Positions 1 through 12,613 of a DNA stretch of 64,000 nucleotides are shown in pieces (position 1 is the first letter of the stretch; every line of letters starts with the position of its first letter). The notes under the pieces were generated by a model, which did no database searches, had not been told where the DNA came from, and saw only the letters and a list, made by a program, of their open reading frames with translations. The position numbers and the translations under genes are program-made. Origin of the DNA: Squalus acanthias (Eukaryota). The DNA lies in the NCBI GenBank assembly GCA_030390025.1, contig CM059432.1, forward strand, positions 67,272,001 to 67,336,000, in the 5' to 3' direction.

Positions 1-1116
1 GAGTGTCTGGCATACTCTCCCTCTGGGGAGAAGGCCCCCGTTCTTCCCTACCCCCCCCCCCATGGCGTTGCTGCAGCCCGCTGGGTCCTGGAGCTTCACC
101 CTCATCAGACCCTTCCCCCCTGCTCCCCTCCAGGGAAGGCGTGTTCCCAGTGTGGGCATGGGCTTCCTCGGGAGAGGGTGGCACTGATGCTCCGGCTTCC
201 TCTTCCTCCTCAGCTGCAGCATCACTCCCAGTGGCAGCTTCAGGGCCCGTCTCCTCAGCTGGTGAATCACCATCTGAAAGCAGGGAGGTACAAGAGTGGC
301 TTTAGCGTGAGGACAGGGTGGCAGTAAGGGAGGAATAAGTGCAGCGAGTTAGCAAGTTGGATTGAAAGTGTCAAAGGCTGGTGTTGTGAGGGACAAGTGG
401 AAGGACAGAGGACAAAAAGGTGATGACCTTACCATTGCTGTCCAGAACGGGGTCGGCGTCTCCAGTGGCGACGGGACCAATCACCCGGCTTGCCACAATC
501 CTGTGGACGCGCTCCTCAAGATCGCTGAGGGGTTGCAGCTGAGGCCGCCCTCCACCTGTCCGTTGCTGCTGTCTCCGATTATGCGCCAGCTTGGCCTGTA
601 AGAAAAAGGACAGCATCTGAGTAAATATACAGCCATGGTCTTGCCTGATGTGCCTCCCATAGGTGAATAGCCCTTACTGTATGCAGCCATGGTCTTGCCT
701 GATGTGCCTCCCATAGGTGAATAGCCCTTACTGTATGCAAAGTGTGGAATGTGTGTGTGTGTTTCATGAAAGGGCCATAGGTGTTGGATGAGTGTTGTGC
801 ATTGGGGTTTTAAGACCCTCTGGCCATAGAGTGAGGTTGAGATTGTTGGATGGAGAGGTATTGAGAAAAAGCCACTCACCCTGACGACCCGAGTGAGGTC
901 GTTGAACTTTTTGCGGCATTGAGTATGGGTCCTGGGCACCATGCTCCTGGAGGAGACGCTCTGAGCCACCTCCCTCCACACTCTTCTGAACTCGCGTGGC
1001 AAAGGCCTCCTGCCACTCTCAGGGAAGAGCATACATCTTCTGCGCTCCACCGCGCCAACCAGAGCATCCAAGGCCCGCTCGGTGAAGCGATGAGCACGTT
1101 CTCTCACCCTCTCCAT
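1..1116 (-). CDS. Harbinger Myb/SANT-like (trihelix, MSANTD/NAIF1-like) DNA-binding protein; exons 1116-880, 595-433, 273-<1
   Basis: MERVRERAHRFTERALDALV...W.EVA...RTHTQCRKKFNDL; donor GTGAGT at 879, acceptor TACAG at 596, donor GTAAG at 432, acceptor TTTCAG at 274; exon 2 AKLAHNRRQQQRTGGG as in the other copies. Confidence 0.8.
630..739. repeat. Perfect 54-bp tandem duplication in intron 1 of the Myb-like gene
   Basis: CAGCCATGGTCTTGCCTGATGTGCCTCCCATAGGTGAATAGCCCTTACTGTATG x2. Confidence 0.95.
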
Positions 1117-1917
1117 GCTTGGCAGCAAAATGGATTCACAGGTCTCTCCAGGCCGAGATTCAAGGCTGCAATGAGCAGGGTGTGGCTGGGGAGCAAGTTG
1201 GCCCCCCCCCGCTTTAAGAAGTGGCCGGCGCCAGTGTGTCTGTGTTCCCTCGCTAACTGGCAGCAGCTGCGCTGCGCTCGCGCGCTGAGTTAGCGCCTCA
1301 CTCCTTGGCCTTTGCGCCTTAAGACAGGTGTGCAGCGCCTGATTTAGCGCTCCACTCACCTCCCGGGGCGGTAAAAGTGAAGTTTCCAGTCAGTGCCGAT
1401 AATTAGCGCCAGGCGCTAATATTTGCGTCCAGACGATATTTGCGCCCCAAATGGGGCGCGACCTAATTTTTACCCCTAGGTCTATGTTGCATTCCCCATT
1501 GTTCACACAATTTTCTCTTTGTTCACTTAACTTGAGCATTTCAGAGTTTTTATTTGGTTGTTTCACATCCCATTTTCTGACAACCACTTTAGTACAGAAT
1601 TCTTTGTTTGCTTTTTATTGTTTCTTCTGCCCGACTTAACTGTACTGCTTTGTTAAGGGTCAAGAGAATTATTTGATTTTCCATAAATTATTTTTCCTTT
1701 ATTAGAGATTCTGTCAATTCACCAAAATCACAGGTCCTAATGAGTCTTTAAGAAGATTGCATGCTGATTAATTGATTCTCCTATTTTCTGTTCCATTATA
1801 TAAAAAAAAGTTACCATTTATAGGTCATATTTCATTTAAGATTGAAGTGCCTGTCAAAATTATTCATTATAACAGTTACGTTTTGGTGTGTACTCAGATA
1901 TTTATTCTCATGCTTAG

Positions 1918-1974
1918 AATCAAGGAAGAATCCTGCAAGCAAACTTACTCCTTATGAAACATTCACATTATCTG
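1918..1974 (+). other. Candidate host exon, 57 nt, phase 1-1 (xSRKNPASKLTPYETFTLSx)
   Basis: ttattctcatgcttAG acceptor, CTG|GTATGT donor, open frame, lies in non-repeat AT-rich DNA; product not recognised. Confidence 0.35.
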
Positions 1975-2336
1975 GTATGTAGCATTGCCCAAGGGTGGAA
2001 CAGAAACCTTGGGTATTGTACTTAGCTCAATGAATATATCACAAGCCTTTTTTATGATTCCCAGACTTTGGAAATGAGTAGAATAAGCGCGATCAAATCA
2101 TGATTAGGCTATAAACTATGGAACGGGTTACTTACAAGTAACAGATAAGCAATAGACAATACTGCAGATTACAAGAGCAAGGTTCAGCAAGGAAGGAGTG
2201 AAAATATTAATCCATAAAGTAAGGCAGAGAATGACTGTACATTTTGCATTGGAGAGATAAGCCCTAAAGGACAGCAGCATAGCAAAGTGGCATGAAATAA
2301 TGAAAGGGCAGGATAGTGTGCCAATGCTATTCCTAA

Positions 2337-2613
2337 GGGGGTATGGTAGCATAGTGGTACAATGGACTAGTAATCCAGAGGCCTGGACTAATGATCACAG
2401 CAGCTGGGGAATTTAAATTCAGTTAATTAAATAAATTAAATAAAAAGCTGGCATCAGTAATGGTAACCATGAAACTACCGGATTGTCGTAAAAACCCATC
2501 TGGTTCATTAATGTCTTTTAGGGAAGGAAATCTGCCATCCTTACCCGGTCTGGCCCAAATGTGACTCCAGACCCACAGCAATGTGGTTGACTCTTAACTG
2601 CCCTCTGAAATGG
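2337..2613 (+). mobile_element. tRNA-derived SINE, 3'-truncated
   Basis: Head GGTAGCATAGTGG (A-box-like); core TGGTTCA.TAATGTC.TTTAGGGAAGGAAATCTGCC shared with 13510-13760 and 26915-27225. Confidence 0.75.
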
Positions 2614-3322
2614 TGGCTCACCCCACCATTTGCTTTCCTAATTTCTTTTTTAATTTCACCCTTGCACTTTCTATACTCCTCTAGGCTTTATGTAGTATTG
2701 AACTCTCAGTATCTGACAAAAGCTTCTCTTTTTTTCCTTATCCTACCCTGTATGCTCTTTGACATCGAATTATGATCACTACCACCAAAATGCTTTCCCA
2801 CTGATACCCCTTCCACCTGCCCAGTTACATTCTCTAAAACTAAGTACAGAACCGCCCCCTCTCTTGTTGGGCTTGTACTGGCTAAAAAAGTTCTTCTGAA
2901 TGCATTTTAAGAATTCTGTGCTCTCTATTCCTTTTACACTATTTCTATCCCAGTTAATATTAGGATAGTTGAAATCCCCTACTATTACTGTCCTATTGTT
3001 TTTGCACTTCTCAGAAATTTGCCTACATATTTGCTCTTCTATCTCCCTCTGACTGTTTGGGTGTCTATAGTACTCTCCCAGCATTGTGATTGCCGCTTTT
3101 TTGTTCTTCAGTTCAACCCATATGGCATAATTTGATGATCCTTCTAACATATCATCCCTCCTCACAGCTGTAATTGTTTCCTTAACCAATATTGCAACCC
3201 CACTCCCTTTTTATCCCCCTCTCTATCTCGTCTGAAAATCCTGTAACCAGGAATGTTGAGCTGCCATTCCTGCCCTTCTTTAAGCCATGTTTCAGTAATA
3301 GCTATGATATCCTACTTCCACC
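2614..3322 (-). mobile_element. CR1 LINE ORF2 AP-endonuclease fragment
   Basis: ORF 2779-3189: IWVELKN...YYRHPNS...VIVGDFNYPNINW. Confidence 0.88.
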
Positions 3323-3770
3323 TGGAATCTAAAGCCCTCCCTCCTGCACCATCTTTCCAGCCACACATTCATCTGCTCTATCCTCCTATTTCTGTACTCA
3401 CTAGCACGTGGCACCGGGAGTAATCCAGAGATTACTACCTATGAGGTCCTGCGAACTAATCTTTTTCCTAGCTCCCTAAATTCTGCCTGCCGGACCACAA
3501 CCCTCTTTCTACCTATGTCATTGGTATCGATATGGACCACGGCCTCTGGCTGTTCACCCTCCCCCCTCGGAATGTCCTGCAGCCGCTCATTGACATCCTT
3601 GACCCTGACACCAGGGAGGCAACATACCATCTTGGATCCACGTCTGCGGCTGCAGAAACGCCTGTCTGTTCCCCTAACTATTGAATCCCCTACCACTATT
3701 GCATTATTGACCTTCCTCCTCCCCCACTGTACAGCTGAGCCACCCATGGTACTGTGATCTTGGCTCTGGG
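3323..3770 (-). mobile_element. CR1 LINE ORF1 SGNH-esterase-like fragment
   Basis: ORF 3439-3837: AIVVGDSIVRG...CCLPG.RVKDV...VVHIDTND, the GDS(L)-type esterase blocks of CR1 ORF1p. Confidence 0.85.
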
Positions 3771-3805
3771 AGAGTAAGTTGTGAGGAGGACACAAAGAGC
3801 GTGTA

Positions 3806-4653
3806 AAGCGATATAGCCAGTTTAAGTGAGTGGGCAATAAGTGGCAGATGGAGTATAATGTGGGGAAATGTGAGGTTATTCACTTTGGTAGGAAGAATAG
3901 AAAAACAATATTTTTTAAATGGTGAGAAACTATTAAATGTTGGTGTTTAGAGAGATTTAGGTGTCCTCATACAGAAAACAGAGTTAGCATGCAGGTACAG
4001 CAAGCAATTAGGAAGGCAAATGGTATGTTGGCCTTTATTGCAAGGGGGTTGGAGTAAGAGTAAGGAAATCTTACTACAATTGTACAGGGCTTTGGTGAGA
4101 CCACACCTGGAGTACTGTGCACAGTTCTGGTCTCCTTATCTGAGAAAGGATATACTTGCCTTAGAGACGGTGCAACAAAGGTGCACTAGATTGATCCCTG
4201 GGATGAAAGGGGTTTCCTATGAGGAGAGATTGAGTAGATTGGGTCTATTCTGGAGTTTAGAAGAATAAGAGGTGATCTCATTGAAACATATATGATTTTA
4301 GGGGGATTGACAGGGTAGATGCTGAGAGGTTGTTTCCCCTGGCTGGAGAGTCTAGAACTAGGGGACATAGTCTCAGGATAAGGGGTCGGCCATTTAAGAC
4401 TGAGATGAGGAGGAATTTCTTCACTCAGAAGATTGTGAATCTTTGGAATTCGCTACCCCGAAGGGCTATGGATGCTCAGTCATTGAGTATATTCAAGGCT
4501 GAGATAGATAGATTTTTGGACTCATGGGGAATCAAGGGATATGGGGATCAGGCGGGAAAGTGGAGTTGAGGTCAAAGATCAGCCATGATCTTATTGAATG
4601 GCGGAGCAGTCTCGAGGGGCTGTATGGCCTACTCCTGCTCCTAATTCTTATGT
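3806..4653 (+). mobile_element. CR1 LINE 3' fragment (decayed RT C-terminus plus 3'UTR)
   Basis: LYRALVRPHLEYCAQFWSP; TRGHSLR; FFTQ..VNLWNSLP; tail TTCTTATG. Confidence 0.93.
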
Positions 4654-4654
4654 T

Positions 4655-5095
4655 CGCTCATCACCCCTGTGTTCACCAACCTACATTAACTCCCGGCCCC
4701 CGAACCCCTCAAATTTAAAATGATAATTCTTGTGTTTAAATCCCTTCATGGCCTTGCTCCTTCCCATCTCTGTAACCTCCTCCAGCCCTATAACTTTTGC
4801 TCCTAAATTCTCTGACCCCTTACGCTGTCCCCCCTCCCATTGTCCACTATTGGCGGCTAATACCTTTAGCTGCCTAGGCTCCACAATCTGGAATTCCCTC
4901 CCCAAACCCTCTGCCTCTCCACCTCCCTTTCCTCCTTTAAGACCCTCCTTAAAACCCACCTCTTTGATGAAACCCTTCCTAATATCTCCTTCTTTGGTTT
5001 GGTGTCCATTTGTCTGATTCCGTCTCTGTGAAGCATTTGGGATGTTTTTTTACATTAAAGGCACTATATAAATGCAAGTTACTATTATTGTTGCT
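4655..5095 (+). mobile_element. L2 LINE 3' end
   Basis: FSCLGSTIWNSLP-like coding remnant; terminal AAAGGCACTATATAAATGCAAGT plus short (TTG/TAT) tail. Confidence 0.75.
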
Positions 5096-5159
5096 ATCGG
5101 TCCATCACAAATTTAATTTCTTGTGCCTCTTGCTGCTCTGGGATAAGTACTATCCATGC

Positions 5160-5776
5160 ATAGAAACATAGAAGATAGGAGCAGGAGTAGGCCATTCGGC
5201 CCCTCGAGCCTGCTCCGCCATTCAATGCGATCATGGCTGATCATCCAAATTCAGTACTCTGTCCCTGCTTTCTCCCCATATCCCTTGATCCCCTTAGCCT
5301 TAAGAAATATATCTAACTCCTTCTTGAATATATTTAATGAATTGGACTCAACTGGCTTCTGTGGTAGAGAATTCCACAGGTTCACCACTCTCTGGGTGAA
5401 GAAATTCCTCCTCATCTCAGTCCTAAATGGCTTACCCCTTATCTTTAGACTGTGACCCCTGGTTCTGGACTGCTCCGCCATCGGGAACATCCTTCCTGCA
5501 TCTAGTCTGTCTAGTCCTGTTAGAATTTTATAAGTTTCAATGAGATCCCCTCTCATTCCTCTAAACTCGAGCGAATACAAGCCCAATCGACCCAATCTCT
5601 CTTCATACGTCATTCCTGCCATCCCAGATATCAGTCTAGTGAATCTTCGCTGCACTCCCTCCATGGCAAGAACATCCTTCCTCAGATAAGGCGACCAAAA
5701 CTGCACACAATACTCAATGTGTGGTCTCACCATGGCCCTGTACAACTGCAGCAAGACATCCTTGCTCCTGTACTGG
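5160..5776 (-). mobile_element. CR1 LINE 3' fragment
   Basis: ORF 5251-5754 LYRAMVRPHIEYCVQFWSP...LWNSLP; tail CATAGAAACATAGAAGA. Confidence 0.93.
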
Positions 5777-6481
5777 GGATTTATTTGTTTTGATGGGCTT
5801 TTGATCTGCCTAGGACTGCCATCACATACAGGTTGGAGTCACTCATTTTTCTTGATTATCATTATTTAGGATGGGAATATTGCTCATTTCTTCCCAAGTG
5901 AATACTTAGTGGAAGTAATCATTTACTGTATTAACTGTCATGCTCATCCTCAGTTGTTGCTTTATTTGCATCTTTTATGGTTCTTACCTCCTCTCAGCTA
6001 ATGCATTTTTCCAGGTCTCTTTTTGCCCCTGTGGCCACCCTTTTAACATGTTTCTGCATGTTGTGAGAATCATCTCTCTGTAGGATTTGTAGAGGTTGTT
6101 CTTCTTCCTCAACTCACTTCTGATTAATTTGTTTCTTTGACGCATTACTCTCAAAGCATAACTGATTTGTTGATTGTAATGTTTCTATCCACCTTTAATC
6201 TTTTTGTAGATTTTCTTCTGACACCATATATTGTGCTGTAAGTACACACTGTAAATTTCATCATGCACATAACTTGCTTTTAGGGGAGCCATCTTTATTG
6301 GATTCTTCTATCGCAGTTAATGTTAGTCACCACAAGATGGCAACATTACACATCGTAATAATAATATAAGAAACGTCAAGGATGAGAAAATACCATTCAC
6401 AAGATCAAAAGATAAATAGAAATGAAGGAGGTCGTTTGTCCAATCTTTTTTCATCCATCCAACACGAGAAACAAAAACATA

Positions 6482-7247
6482 GGCCTGAATTTTGCAGTCG
6501 GCGGCGTACCTACAGAGTACGCCGCCGACACCCAAACAGAATGCAAACTTACCTGATGGGGCCCCTCCTTCGCAAACTTGCTGTTTGACGCTACGTACTA
6601 GAGGGCAGCGTAATGGTCCACGGATCCCAGGGGCGCAGCATGTACAGAAGCGTACTTCGGATCACATGGGCCTGGTACTCCAATCAGGAAACAGAGGGTC
6701 TCTCCTTCATTTATGATCTCCGGAAAGGGGAAAAAAAAACTAATTACGAGAGCCTTCCGGGATAAACAACTATACTTTCAGTTTGGATTTTTTTTAAGCT
6801 TATGCTCCACATAGGTGCCAAAAAATAAATAATTTTATCAATGTAGCAATCGCTTCCTCCAAACTTTTCATGGACAAATAAATACTTTCCATGGACAAAA
6901 TCCTCAAATGCTTCCATTTCCAGCCTCATAAGTTTTTAAAATTACTTGGATTTGTCAGGAGGTTTCCCCTTACGCTGTGGAAACAGGCCCTGCGCCTGTT
7001 TCCACCAGTCATAAAATTTTCGAAAGTAATTGCTGGGCAGTTGGTGGGCAATTAGCCCAACTCTATGCCATCAATTAGGCTTTCATGTCGGTGCAGTGTC
7101 GGTGCGGATGATCTGTCAAGTCGGAACTTGATAGATCGCAAGTTCGGGATTTAGCGCATGCGCGAGCACATGCAGAAATCCCAAACTTGCTGTCCATTTC
7201 AAAGGTAGTATGACGGAGAGTACGCCGTCATACCCACTGCAAATTAT
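6482..7247. mobile_element. Harbinger-type MITE with GTACGCC subterminal motifs
   Basis: Left end GGCCTGAATTTTGCAGT, right end ACTGCAAATT (truncated); subterminal IR GTCGGCGGCGTAC..GTACGCCGCCGAC; non-coding. Confidence 0.6.
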
Positions 7248-7303
7248 AAATGTTTAAAAGAGCAGTTTGAGAGAAAACTTCATCATCATCGAACTGAAAC
7301 ACT

Positions 7304-7501
7304 GGCTGGAATTTTCCGGGGGGGGGGTGGTAAGTGGGCGGGATCGGTGGCGGGTCAGGTGGGAAAGTTTATTTTTTGATAGCGGGTCAGGACCCCGAAT
7401 TTGAAATCATTTTCCAGACCGGACTGGAGCCAGCAGTGGGGTCAGGACCTGCCACCGACGTCGCCCGTCCTGGACCCGCCGAGGTAAGAAAAATCTCGTC
7501 C
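7304..7501. mobile_element. Short Harbinger-type MITE (GGCGGG motif group)
   Basis: Ends GGCTGGAATTTTCC / GAAAAATCTCGTCC; repeated GGCGGG. Confidence 0.45.
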
Positions 7502-7962
7502 TAAGATTTTTAGAAACCTTAACAGGTTTTATAAGCTCTTAAAGTAATGTTCAACTATAATTCTGAATAGGCTTAACCCTGTTACTTTTTTGAAAATTCA
7601 CCTTCCCCCGTAATTTCTTCTCACTATTTACACTTGTCCTGAAAAGAATTTGCATTAAAATGATTCAAATTGACATTTACAAATGTTACCAATAAGTAGG
7701 ATTTGGATATCAGATTTAGGTAAGCTTCAATTTAAAATTAATTTTCCTAATTGCCATTCTCACTCAAATTTGTGTAATCCTGAGCAATAAATCCCAGACT
7801 GTTACAAAGGGCTAAAAACCAAAGGTTTTGACAGTGAAAATTAAGTTTTTGTGATTTTTGTGAGTTATACAATCATTGAGTGTTTCTCTCATTATGGTTG
7901 AATAAACCAATTCTTATTAACTGAAATTCGATCACGCCCAAATCGGTGCATGATTCGAGTGC

Positions 7963-8518
7963 ATGTACAATTTTGGTCTCCTTACCTAAGGAAGGATATA
8001 CTTGCCATAGAGGGAGTGCAACGAAGGTTCACGAGATTGATTCCTGGGATGGCGGGACTGTCGTATGAGAAGAGATTAAGTAAACTAGGCCTGTATTCTC
8101 TTGAATTCAGAAGAATGAGAGGGGATCTCATTGAAGCATACAAAATTATTACAGGGCTTGATAGGGTGGATGCTGGGAGAATGTTGCCCTTGGCTGGAGA
8201 GTCTAGAACCAGGGGCCACAGCCTCAGGATAAAGGGTAGGCCATTCAGGACTGAGATGAGAAGAAATTTCTTCACACAGAGGGTGGTGAATCTTTGGAAT
8301 TCTCTACCCCAGAGGGCTGTGGAGGCTCAGTCATTGGGTATATTCAAAACAGAAGTCGATAGATTTCTAACTAGTAAGGGCATCAGGGGATGTGGCGATA
8401 GGGCCGGTGAATGGAGTTGAGGCAGAAGATCAGCCATGATCTCGTTGAATGGCGGAGCAGGCTCGAAGGGCCGAATGGCCGACTCCTGCTCCTATTTCTT
8501 GTGTTCTTATGTTCTTAA
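7963..8518 (+). mobile_element. CR1 LINE 3' fragment
   Basis: ORF 7950-8420 RT C-terminus; 3'UTR with TTCTTGTGTTCTTATGTTCTT tail. Confidence 0.93.
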
Positions 8519-9426
8519 GAGGCCAGCGATAGGACCACGGCCAATTAGTTTGTGACCTCATTAGTATAGCACCGGCAAGCTGCGGTTACCAGTCGTGGCC
8601 CCAGAGTCAGGTCGCTGGTTGCAAGAGTGTTATGCACAAAGGAAAACAAATTGACAAAATTAGACTTAACCTTGATATATGAATGATTTCTATTAGAACA
8701 TGGACTTTCCTACAACAACTCAAAGTTTTAAATTCCTATTTTTAATAAATTTAGGATACATATCTGATTTTAGGCATAGCATATAAATGAATCATGTCAA
8801 GCAGATCTTAAATTAGATCACTAAAACATACTTCCCAATAGATCAAATACTGTACTGGAAATACATATTGCACAGGCAAAATATACCATTGTTTTTTTCA
8901 ATGTTTATCTGTCCCAAAAATAAGACACTGAGTCCTTCAGCCAGTAATTGACTGCCAGATGCTGTTGTGGTCGACAACATCAAAAGTTGTTGTGCTTAAC
9001 CACAGAGATGTATGACCATCTGGATGTGATAAATAAAGTCAGTTTTTCTACCAAATTGAGTGTGTGACTAATGGTTTATTAGGGCTAGAAATTCGGTATC
9101 GCCCCAGTTGGGGTGCTAAATTTTAAAAAGTTGGAGAATTAGCGCCAGGCGCTAATCCTTCTGACCTCCCGCTAAATTGATTGTTAGCGCTCCAAGAGAG
9201 AACTGGAGCGCTAAATCAAGTGCTAATCACCTAACTTAGGGCACTACACACACACAGCGGGGCGCTATCTGCAGAGCGATAAACAATTTCAGATGCACTC
9301 CAATCGGGAATCATTATTCACACTGGCTCCTTCCAATTGTTCAATCATTCAGCACAACCTCATTCTCAACATTGCTGGCTCTGAAGGCGACCTCCAAGCA
9401 ACTCAACAGCTACACCTCTTATCCTC

Positions 9427-11224
9427 ATGGCTAATCCCAGTCCCAGGGAGAGAGATAGCCGTTTCAGCGACCAGGAATTGGTCGCGGCAGTCAAAAGAAC
9501 GAGGGCAGTGCTATTCCCGGCCACTGGCAGGAGGCCATTGCCCCAGGTCTTCAGGGCAATGTGGAGGGAAGTGGCCCAGGACATCTCGGCCAGCAGTGTG
9601 GTCATCAGGACCCTCACACAATGCCGTAAAAAATTCAACGACCTCACTCAGGTGGTCAGGGGGAGTACATGCTTCAACAAGTCCTACATACCAGCATCTG
9701 AACCTCAGTCTGTACACATTGCAGAAACCACCACTCACCCACCAAGCATGTCCGCTTACTAAAACTCACATCCACATCTCACGCCTTGCCTACAATCACA
9801 GCTATTCAACTGTGGCAGGCACATCTCCCAAACACATAGCTGCACACTCACTTACACACTTTCCTTTCTCTTGCAGGCCAAGCTGGCCCACAGTAGGAGG
9901 GAGCAGCAACGAACAGGCAGGGGTTAAGCGGAACAGCTTCCCGACCTGGAGGAGCAAGTGCTGAGAGTCATTAGGCGCCAGGTGGTGGGCGCCGTGGCTA
10001 TCGGCGACATCGACCCCCTTGGGGGCAACAACGGTATATTCATCCCCTTTCCTTCTCTCATCCCACTTCCCCCTCACAGCACAAGCCTTTCCCACTTTCC
10101 AGCTCATTATACTATCTGTATTCGTTGCTCCCTTCCTGCACCCCTGCCCTCAGCTTAACGCGAGTCTTGTGCCTTGATGCTTTCAGGTAATCAGCAACCA
10201 GATGACCAACCTGTCCCTGAGCCTCCCAGTGAGAGTGAGGCGGGAGAAGCAGAGGAGGAAGAAAGCACCACATCATTGCATGTCTCACCCGCAGGCACCA
10301 CCTCAGATACTGGGACTACGCGATCTTTAGAGGCAAGTTCTGTGGGGACGAGCGGCTGCAGCAAGGCCAGGGGAAAGGGTAGCTCAGGACTCAGATGAGG
10401 ACCTCGATGGAGAGGAGTTCACAAGAAGGGTGATGGCATGTACACGGAGATCATAGGTGCCATGGCGAGGGTGCCTGAAAGCCTGTCGGCAATGGTAAGG
10501 AGCGTGAAGGAGTTTGCCTCCAACATTGCACAGAGCTCTGCGCACACTATGGAGTCCATCCTTGGTAGTCTGCAAAGGATGGTGGATTCCCTGAGAGACC
10601 GTAGGGACCCAGACCTCATGCTGCGTGTCATGGGCGATGTGGCAGCATCCATTGCAGTACAGGCAGAAGCCACACAACGTCTTGGTGCTGTAATGCAGCC
10701 AATGGTTGCTGCCATTGAGTCTCAGACTACTCTCGTGCAGTCTCAGCTTGATGCCACGCAAGCTCTGACTGCTGCCATCGTTGCTGGGTCACCACAGTCC
10801 ACCAGGGATCTCACGGTGTCGCAGCAGGCCAGCAATCTGTGCTCCAGCAGATTGGTAGTGATGCTGAGGTGCTGCCCCGGGGGAGTGGCAGTGTGTCAGT
10901 GAAGCAGGAAGCTGCTGTTCTCTCTCAGGATGACAACATTCCTGCTCCACCAATGCCACTCCGCCATTGTCCTTGGCGCCGCCTGTCATCCAGCCAGGCC
11001 AGACTGCCACTGCCCAGCCTGAGGTGGTGCAGTGTACAGCCGAGCCTTCTAGGCCCAGAGCTGGTCAAGGGCGTCCTGCAAGGCCATCAGTAGTCTCTGG
11101 CACTGACACTCAGCAGCCTTCCACCAGTCCTGCTGCAGCCACTGGGGACAGGCTACGTAGGAGCAGTAGATTAGGAAAAGGCACTATAAAAAGGGGAAGT
11201 AAGGGTTTGCACAAGGGTGATTAG
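9427..11224 (+). pseudogene. Harbinger Myb/SANT-like gene; exons 9427-9660, 9877-10033, 10187-11224
   Basis: RFSDQELVAAV...W.EVA...RTLTQCRKKFNDL; first donor mutated to GGGAGT, in-frame TAA in exon 2, frameshifts in exon 3. Confidence 0.85.
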
Positions 11225-11451
11225 TTAATATTGTTGTTGTATATATGTGTTTACTGAATGTTGATAAATTTATTAATGGAATTTTGCTGATTTTGTGCTG
11301 TCTCTCATTTCAGCTTTGCGCTGTGATATGGCAAGCGAAATGGATGGAATGATGGAGATGCCTGGGTTCAACGTGCCGAATGGCTTTCTTCTGTGCTGTA
11401 ACCATTCTATGATTCTATGATGTGGTCAGCAACCAGGATGTGGGGTAGGAT

Positions 11452-12613
11452 TTATTGGAACCGCAGTCTGATCAGGCGGTCACGGACCACCCTTCTGGAG
11501 TGCCGATTGAGTGGCTGCCTCCTCCCTCGCTGCTGTTCCTCCTCCTGTTGCTCCTCCTCCTCCTCGCCCTCTTCCTCCTCCTGAGGTAGTCCCGCTATGC
11601 CTGGTGGCAATGTCTGGGCCCTCATGATGGCCATGTTGCGTAGCATGTAGTACATCACGACGAAAAGGGACATCCGCTCAGCCGAGTACTGGAGGGCTCC
11701 TCCCAAGCGGTCAAGGCAGCGGAACCGTTGCTTGAGCACTTCAGTGGTCTGCTCAATGATGTTCCTGGTGGTGGCATGGCTCTCATTGTATGAGTGCTGA
11801 GCAGCAGTGTTGGGGTTGCGGAGGGGAGTCATGAGCCAGGTGGAGAGCAGATGGCCCTTGTCTCCGACCAGCCAGCCACAAGCTTGATGTGGTGGCTGGA
11901 AGAGTGCTGGCACACCGGTCTGGCACAGGATGAAGGCACCGTGGCTGCTGCCAGGATAGCGGGCATTGACGGTGAGGATTCGCTGTGTGTGGTCGCACAC
12001 CAACTGCACATTAAATGAGTGGTATCCTTTGCGGTTGCAGAATACCTCAGGATTGTTATGGGGTGCCCGCAAAGCCACGTGGGTGCAGTCAATGGCGCCC
12101 TGCACCATGGGGAAGCCCGTTATCCTGGCAAAGCCACATGCACGCTCGTCCTGCTTCTCTCTGGTCATTGGGAAGGAAATGTAGTCCCTTCTCCTTCTGT
12201 AGAGAGCCTCTGTGACCTCCCGGATGCAGCAATGGACAGCGAACTGCGATATGTTAGATATGTCTCCTGTTGCACACTGGAAGCATCTGCTGGCATAGAA
12301 ATTGAGGGCGACGGTGACCTTGACTGCCCTTGAGAGAGCTGTGGTGGTCCTGATCTGAGGCTCGAGGTCTGGCTGCAGGAGGTGGCAGAGCTCTGTGACC
12401 ACATCCTTGCTGAAGCGGAGCCTTCTAAGACACTGCACCTCAGTTAAATTGATGTAGGAGAAGTGCTCCCGAATACCCTGGGATGGTAAGGCCTCCTGTT
12501 GACAGCCCTGTTGGCCCTCCTCCCTCTGGCCACATTTTCCAATCTTATCTTTGCCTCCGTTGCCTCCGACGTTGATGCTAGAGGGCGAGGTCGAGTGTCA
12601 GTACAGCCCCCAT
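11452..12613 (-). pseudogene. Harbinger DDE transposase (HARBI1-like, DDE_Tnp_4); 328-aa open core 11452-12438, N-terminus decayed
   Basis: GAIDCTH (D), NRKGYHS.NVQ, GDKG (D), RNIIEQ (E), LKQRFRCL, acidic C-terminal tract. Confidence 0.92.

Larger units (their letters stand above)
1..1476 (-). mobile_element. PIF/Harbinger DNA transposon, Myb-side end (runs off the window start)
   Basis: Terminus ACCTAATTTTTACCCC (revcomp GGGGTAAAAATTAGGT) resembles the other Harbinger TIRs here; subterminal ATTAGCGCC-A-GGCGCTAAT palindrome 1402-1420; encodes a Myb/SANT-like protein. Confidence 0.88.

Noticed and set aside
2128..2352. Hydrophobic minus-strand ORF as a transmembrane exon
   Set aside because: Explained by T-rich composition of that strand; no recognisable motif or partner exons
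11452..12438. Domesticated host gene HARBI1
   Set aside because: Lies between TIRs with a TSD, is paired with a Myb ORF, has a decayed N-terminus and several paralogs in the window, so it is a transposon copy
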